This document shows positions 59,455 through 64,000 of a DNA stretch of 64,000 nucleotides, one piece after another. The notes beneath the pieces are model-generated. The model did not search any database and was not told the DNA's origin. It saw only the letters and a program-made list of their open reading frames with translations. The position numbers were made by a program, and so were the translations under genes. The stretch lies in the NCBI GenBank assembly GCA_963705305.1, contig OY970067.1, forward strand, positions 5,280,001 through 5,344,000. The letters run 5' to 3'. The stretch's first letter is position 1; every line of letters begins with the position of its first letter. This DNA comes from an uncultured Methylomirabilota bacterium (GTDB lineage: Bacteria; Methylomirabilota; Methylomirabilia; Methylomirabilales; 2-02-FULL-66-22).

Positions 59455-59572
59455 CCCCATTCCGAGGATATCTCACCGCCAAGGCGCCAGGGGACAATTC
59501 GAATTTCGAAGTTCGAAACTGAAAGGGATAACCGTGGCGTCATGGCGGTTGAACGGTTCCTTCGGTCCGAGG
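59455..59572. repeat. REP/MITE-like palindromic element, copy 2, with internal heptamer tract
   Basis: Same ends as 44798-44987; interior AATTCGA ATTTCGA AGTTCGA AACTGAA. Confidence 0.7.
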
Positions 59573-59576
59573 CCAA

Positions 59577-59602
59577 CCTGTCGTCTTCGCGAAGACGACA
59601 GG
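59577..59602. repeat. Perfect 26-bp palindrome
   Basis: CCTGTCGTCTTCGCGAAGACGACAGG. Confidence 0.8.
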
Positions 59603-59719
59603 AATGACCAAGTGGCAATCGGCAACTGGCCGAGGTCGGAGGGGTCGGTGACGGAGTTCGACCGCCCGTCATGCGCGCCCACCACCATTGGTCATTGGGA
59701 CCTTGGCCATCGGTCATTG
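59603..59719. repeat. Heptamer-repeat inverted arms
   Basis: Left AATGACC AAGTGGC AATCGGC AACTGGC; right ACCATTG GTCATTG GGACCTTG GCCATCG GTCATTG. Confidence 0.6.
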
Positions 59720-59733
59720 GATCTGGAGGGCGA

Positions 59734-59874
59734 ATGTCTTCGACCCTCTACTTTGTCCGCCACGGGGAGACGCAGGCCAGCCAGGCCGTCGGCTTTTGTG
59801 GGGATCTGAGTGCGGGATTCAGCACCGAAGGCTCGCCCCAGCGCGAGGTCGCGCAGATAAGGAGCCGACGATGA
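59734..59874 (+). pseudogene. Truncated histidine phosphatase (phosphoglycerate mutase family) N-terminal fragment
   Basis: RBS GGAGG + MSSTLYFVRHGET....FCG; RHG motif but only 46 codons before running into the next gene. Confidence 0.65.
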
Positions 59875-60716
59875 TACCAGGACCTGAGGTCGTCCCCATC
59901 CACGGGGGAGCCCGCCAGCGCCGCTCGTGGTGGCGGGTGCTGCTCATTGGTTCTTTCTTCTACGCCGTCGGCGTGGTGGTGCTGGCCCTGACCTTGAACC
60001 CCAATCTGTTCCCCACCGTGGTCCTGCTGGGCAATTTCCTGGTGCCCGTCACCTACGTGGCCTTCTTCTACGACCATCGCCACCTCAGCCGGCTCAGCAT
60101 GCCCACGACGGCCTTGAGCTTCTTCTACGGGGGCGTCCTGGGGGTCTTTGCGGCGGGGCTCCTGGAGCCGCTCTTCATCGCCCGGCTCACCGCCGTCACG
60201 GCCTTCCGGGTGGGGCTGATCGAGGAGTTCGCCAAGATCCTGGGGGTGCTGGTCATCGCCCGGCACCGGCGACACGACGCCGAGCTGGACGGGCTCATCC
60301 TGGGGGCGGCGGCGGGGATGGGGTTCGCGGCCCTCGAGAGCACCGGCTACGCCTTCACCGCCTTCCTCAAGAGTGGTGGGAGCCTGACGGTGACCGTCCT
60401 CGTGACCCTGCTGCGGGGGCTTTTCGCCCCTGTCGGCCACGGCACCTGGACGGCGATCCTGGCCAGCGTCCTCTTCCGGGAAAGTGCCGCCGGCCGCTTC
60501 CGGCTGAACGGCAAGGTGGCGGCCGCCTACCTGACCGTCGCCCTCCTGCACGGGCTGTGGGACGGCCTCCCCGGCGTCCTGGCCCCCCTCGTGGCCTCGT
60601 GGGGCGACGTGCTGATCGGGCAAACGCTGGTCGGAACTATCGGGCTCGTCATCCTCTGGCTCCGCTGGCGCGAGGCCATCCGGCTTCAGCTCCTGCGGGA
60701 CGTCACGGCATGCTGA
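59871..60716 (+). CDS. PrsW-family intramembrane metalloprotease
   Basis: IEEFAK, GFAALES, GHGTWT, LHGLWD motifs; multi-TM; RBS AAGGAG. Confidence 0.82.
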   Translation: MIPGPEVVPIHGGARQRRSWWRVLLIGSFFYAVGVVVLALTLNPNLFPTVVLLGNFLVPVTYVAFFYDHRHLSRLSMPTTALSFFYGGVLGVFAAGLLEPLFIARLTAVTAFRVGLIEEFAKILGVLVIARHRRHDAELDGLILGAAAGMGFAALESTGYAFTAFLKSGGSLTVTVLVTLLRGLFAPVGHGTWTAILASVLFRESAAGRFRLNGKVAAAYLTVALLHGLWDGLPGVLAPLVASWGDVLIGQTLVGTIGLVILWLRWREAIRLQLLRDVTAC

Positions 60717-60863
60717 GGCGGCAGACGGCGCCCCCCGCCTCTCCGAGCGCCAGGCGGCGGGCCGCGAGGTCTGCCACGGTAGCTCGGATCCGGAACGAAC
60801 GAGGGGCGGAGGCACGGATGCGACCGAGACCGCAATCGACAGACCATCTTGGGAGGTGACACC

Positions 60864-61448
60864 ATGCGAAAGCGCGCCCAGGGGAAGGACAAAGGCACCC
60901 TGTACCGCCGGATCCTCTGGCCCACGGACTTCTCGCCCGGGGCAAAAGCGGCCCTGCCGCACCTCCGCACCCTCGCGGCCGCGAGCGGGGCCGAGGTGGT
61001 CCTGTTCCACGTCTTGCCCACGGCGGCAACATACATGATTCCTCCGGAGTCGGGCGTGGTCCTGGCGCGGCTCCAGCGGGAGGCTCGGGCGGCCGCCCGG
61101 ACGCAGCTCCGCCGGCTGGAGCGCCAGTTGCAAACCCCCGCCATCCGGACCCACGCGCTCCTGGCCCTGGGGGCCCCGTTCCAGCAGATCGTGCGGGCGG
61201 CCGAACGCCTCCATTGCGACCTCATCGTCATGGCGACCCACGGCCGCACCGGTTGGGTCCACGCCCTGCTCGGCAGCGTAGCCGAGAACGTGGTCCGGCA
61301 TGCGCCCTGCCCGGTCCTCACGGTGCACCCGCCACTGCGCGCCGCCCGGGTTGCGCGGAGACAGACGTCCGCCAGGCCGGCCGTTCGCCGGGCCACGAGT
61401 CGGGGGGCATCCCGGCGGCGGACGCACCGGACCGAGCCGGCCGAATGA
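60864..61448 (+). CDS. Universal stress protein (UspA family) with basic tail
   Basis: RILWPTDFS, DLIVMATHGRTG, LLGSVAENVVRHAPCPVLTV. Confidence 0.92.
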   Translation: MRKRAQGKDKGTLYRRILWPTDFSPGAKAALPHLRTLAAASGAEVVLFHVLPTAATYMIPPESGVVLARLQREARAAARTQLRRLERQLQTPAIRTHALLALGAPFQQIVRAAERLHCDLIVMATHGRTGWVHALLGSVAENVVRHAPCPVLTVHPPLRAARVARRQTSARPAVRRATSRGASRRRTHRTEPAE

Positions 61449-61515
61449 AGATGTCCCCGCGAGGGCCGGCCGAGGCGGCCGGGCTCCTGTGTGGATCAGA
61501 ACGGAAGGAGGAAGC

Positions 61516-64000
61516 ATGAGTGACGGCGCCCGCGGCACACATCCCACATTCACTCTTTTGCCCTCGGACGTTCGAAGGATTCGATGCGCTCTGCGAGCTG
61601 GCCCTGGATCTGCGCTGGTCCTGGAGCCACCGCGCCGACGACGTGTGGCGGCAGCTCGACCCCGCCCTGTGGGACCTCACGCACAACCCCTGGGTTGTCC
61701 TCCAGACGGTCTCGCGCGAGCGGCTCCGGCGCGTGGCGGCGGCTCCCGAATTCCGCCGGATCCTCGATGACCTGGTGCAGGAGAGACGGCAGGCGGCGGA
61801 GGCGCCCGCCTGGTTCTCGCAGACCTACCCGGACGCGCCCCTGACCTCTGTCGCCTATTTCAGCATGGAGTTCATGCTGAGCGAGGCGCTGCCCATTTAT
61901 TCGGGCGGCCTGGGCAATGTGGCCGGGGATCAGCTCAAGGCGGCCAGCGATCTGGGCGTGCCCGTGGTCGGGGTGGGACTTCTCTACCAGCAGGGCTATT
62001 TTCGCCAGATGATCGACGGCGAGGGGGAGCAGCAGGCGCTCTTTCCGTACAACGATCCCGGCCAATTGCCGATCACCCCGGTGCGCCAGCCGACCGGGGA
62101 GTGGCTGCGGCTGGAGATCGCCCTCCCGGGGTATTCGGTGTGGCTTCGCGCCTGGCAGGTCCAGGTGGGGCGGGTGAAACTGTACCTGCTGGACACCAAT
62201 GACGCGGCCAACTTCCCCGCGCATCGCGGTATCACCAGCGAGCTGTACGGCGGCGGGCTGGAGCTGCGGCTCAAGCAGGAGCTCCTCCTGGGGATCGGTG
62301 GCTGGCGGCTGCTGGGGGCTCTCGGCATCCGGCCCGAAGTCTGCCACCTGAATGAGGGGCACGCGGCCTTCGCAATCCTGGAGCGGGCCCGCAGCTTCAA
62401 GGACGAGACGGGGCAGCCGTTCGGGGTCGCCCTGGCCGCCACCCGGGCGGGGAACCTCTTCACCACGCACACCCCGGTGGCCGCCGGCTTCGACCGGTTC
62501 CCGGCGGCCCTGATCGCCCAGTACCTCGGGCGGTACGCCGAGACGCGGCTGGGCATCCCGCTTCGCGACCTCCTGGCCCTGGGCCGCCGGAATCCGGAGG
62601 ACCCGTCGGAGGACTTCAACATGGCCTACCTGGCCATCCGCGGGAGCGGGGCGATCAACGGCGTGAGCCGCTTGCACGGCCGGGTGAGCCGGCGGATCTT
62701 CGCGGATCTGTTCCCGCGCTGGCCGGAGGCCGAAATCCCGGTCGGCCACGTGACGAACGGCGTCCACATGCCGAGCTGGGACTCGGCGGCGGCGGATGAC
62801 CTGTGGGCGGCGGCCTGCGGGCAGGATCGCTGGCTGGGAGCGACGGAGTGCCTGGAGGCGGATATTCGCCGCCTCTCCGACGCCCGCCTCTGGCAGCTCC
62901 GCACCGAGGCCCGCCGGGCGCTCATCGGGTATGCCCGCGACCGGCTGGCCAGGCAGCTGGCCGCCTCCGGCGCACCGGTCGAGGCGGTCGAGGCGGCCGG
63001 GCGTCTGCTCGATCCCGACGCCCTCACGCTAGGCTTCGCACGCCGTTTCGCCACCTACAAGCGGCCGAACCTGCTGCTGCACGACCCGGAGCGGCTGGTG
63101 CGCCTGTTGAACAATCCCCGGCGCCCGGTGCAGCTCCTCATCGCGGGCAAGGCCCACCCGGCGGACCGGCCGGGGCAGGCCCTCATCCGGGAGTGGATCC
63201 AGTTCATCCGCCGGCCGGAGGTGCGGCCGCACGCCCTCTTCCTGAGCGACTACGACATGCTCGTGGCGGAGCAGTTGGTGCAGGGAGTGGATCTCTGGAT
63301 CAACACGCCCCGGCGGCCCTGGGAGGCCAGCGGCACGAGCGGCATGAAGGTGCTCGTGAACGGCGGCCTCAACCTGTCGGAGCTGGACGGCTGGTGGGTG
63401 GAAGCCTACGCGCCGGAGGTGGGGTGGGCGCTGGGCGACGGCCGGGAGCACGGCGACGATCCGGCCTGGGATGCCGCCGAGGCCGATGAGCTGTACGGCC
63501 GGCTCGAACGGGAGGTGATTCCCGCCTTCTACACCCGTGACGAGCGCGGCATTCCCACCGCCTGGGTCGCGCGAATCCGGGAGAGCATGGCCCGGCTGAC
63601 CCCGCGCTTTTCCTCCAACCGGACGGTGCGCGAGTACACCGAACGCCACTACCTTCCCGCTGCCGCGGCCTACCGGGCGCGCGCCGCGGAGAAAGGAGAG
63701 GCCGCCAGGCAGGTGGTTCAATGGCAGCAGGCGCTGCAAGCGCAATGGGCCGCCCTCCGCTTCGGCGACGTGACGGTGGAGACCGCCGGCGGGCAGCACG
63801 TATTTGCGGCGCAGGTTCATCTCGGCGACCTCGATCCGAAGGCCGTGCGGGTCGAGCTGTATGCCGAGGGAGAAGGTGACGGCGATCCGTTCCGGCAGGA
63901 GATGTCGCGCGCCGGGCGACTCCCCGGGGCTGCAGGCGGGTTTCTGTATCGCGCATCGGCGCCGGCGACCCGCCCGGCGACGGACTACACCCCGCGCATG
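61516..64000 (+). CDS. glgP: Alpha-glucan (glycogen/starch) phosphorylase, runs off window end; N-terminal frame discontinuity
   Basis: Manual translation: LALDLRWSW, AYFSMEF, YSGGLG, HLNEGH, FTTHTP, GFARRFATYKR, EASGTSGMK (PLP lysine), LDGWW. Not in ORF track because there is no stop in the window. Confidence 0.9.

Noticed and set aside
56971..59522. 829-aa antisense ORF and 846-aa alternate-frame ORF over xfp (similar long shadows over the nuoL-like gene, glpD, ruvB and degP)
   Set aside because: Typical stop-poor shadow frames of high-GC genes; low-complexity R/G/P/A or antisense-pattern sequence with no motifs.
1..64000. CRISPR array, tRNA/rRNA, integrase, transposase or phage genes
   Set aside because: No regularly spaced direct repeats, cloverleafs or such ORFs seen by eye; the repeats found are dispersed palindromes.

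Overview
GC-rich bacterial chromosomal window (taxon not determinable from the sequence alone) with about 55 protein-coding genes and no rRNA, tRNA, CRISPR array or intact transposase that I can see. In order: (1) a minus-strand glycerol-3-phosphate cluster, glpP-glpD-glpQ-ugpB (partial), behind a clear promoter and a GlpP-type terminator leader. (2) A HAAT/Liv ABC transporter. (3) The housekeeping block yebC-ruvCAB-DUF2905-spoIID-queA-tgt-yajC, which ends in a 145-bp MITE rather than secDF. (4) A 10-gene membrane-bound group 4 [NiFe]-hydrogenase operon with a complex-I-like subunit set (J-K-L-N-A-B-CD-H-I plus protease) behind a candidate sigma-54 promoter. (5) Assorted metabolic genes and a HEAT-repeat protein. 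(6) An 18.5-kb all-minus-strand uptake/catabolic cluster with two Liv ABC systems, a TRAP system, a divergent AroQ, cupin, SDR, GntR, cyclase and an uncharacterised Fe-S protein plus His/Cys protein pair. (7) degP, xfp, a truncated histidine phosphatase, prsW-like, usp and a glucan phosphorylase with an N-terminal frame discontinuity. Intergenic DNA holds three kinds of dispersed palindromic elements: IS-like MITE ends, CGCCAAGGCGCCA-type elements and heptamer-periodic inverted arms. The best candidates for undescribed biology are the Fe-S/His-Cys pair with its catabolic cluster, the hydrogenase architecture and the heptamer elements. All product calls come from motif recognition by eye; no searches were run.
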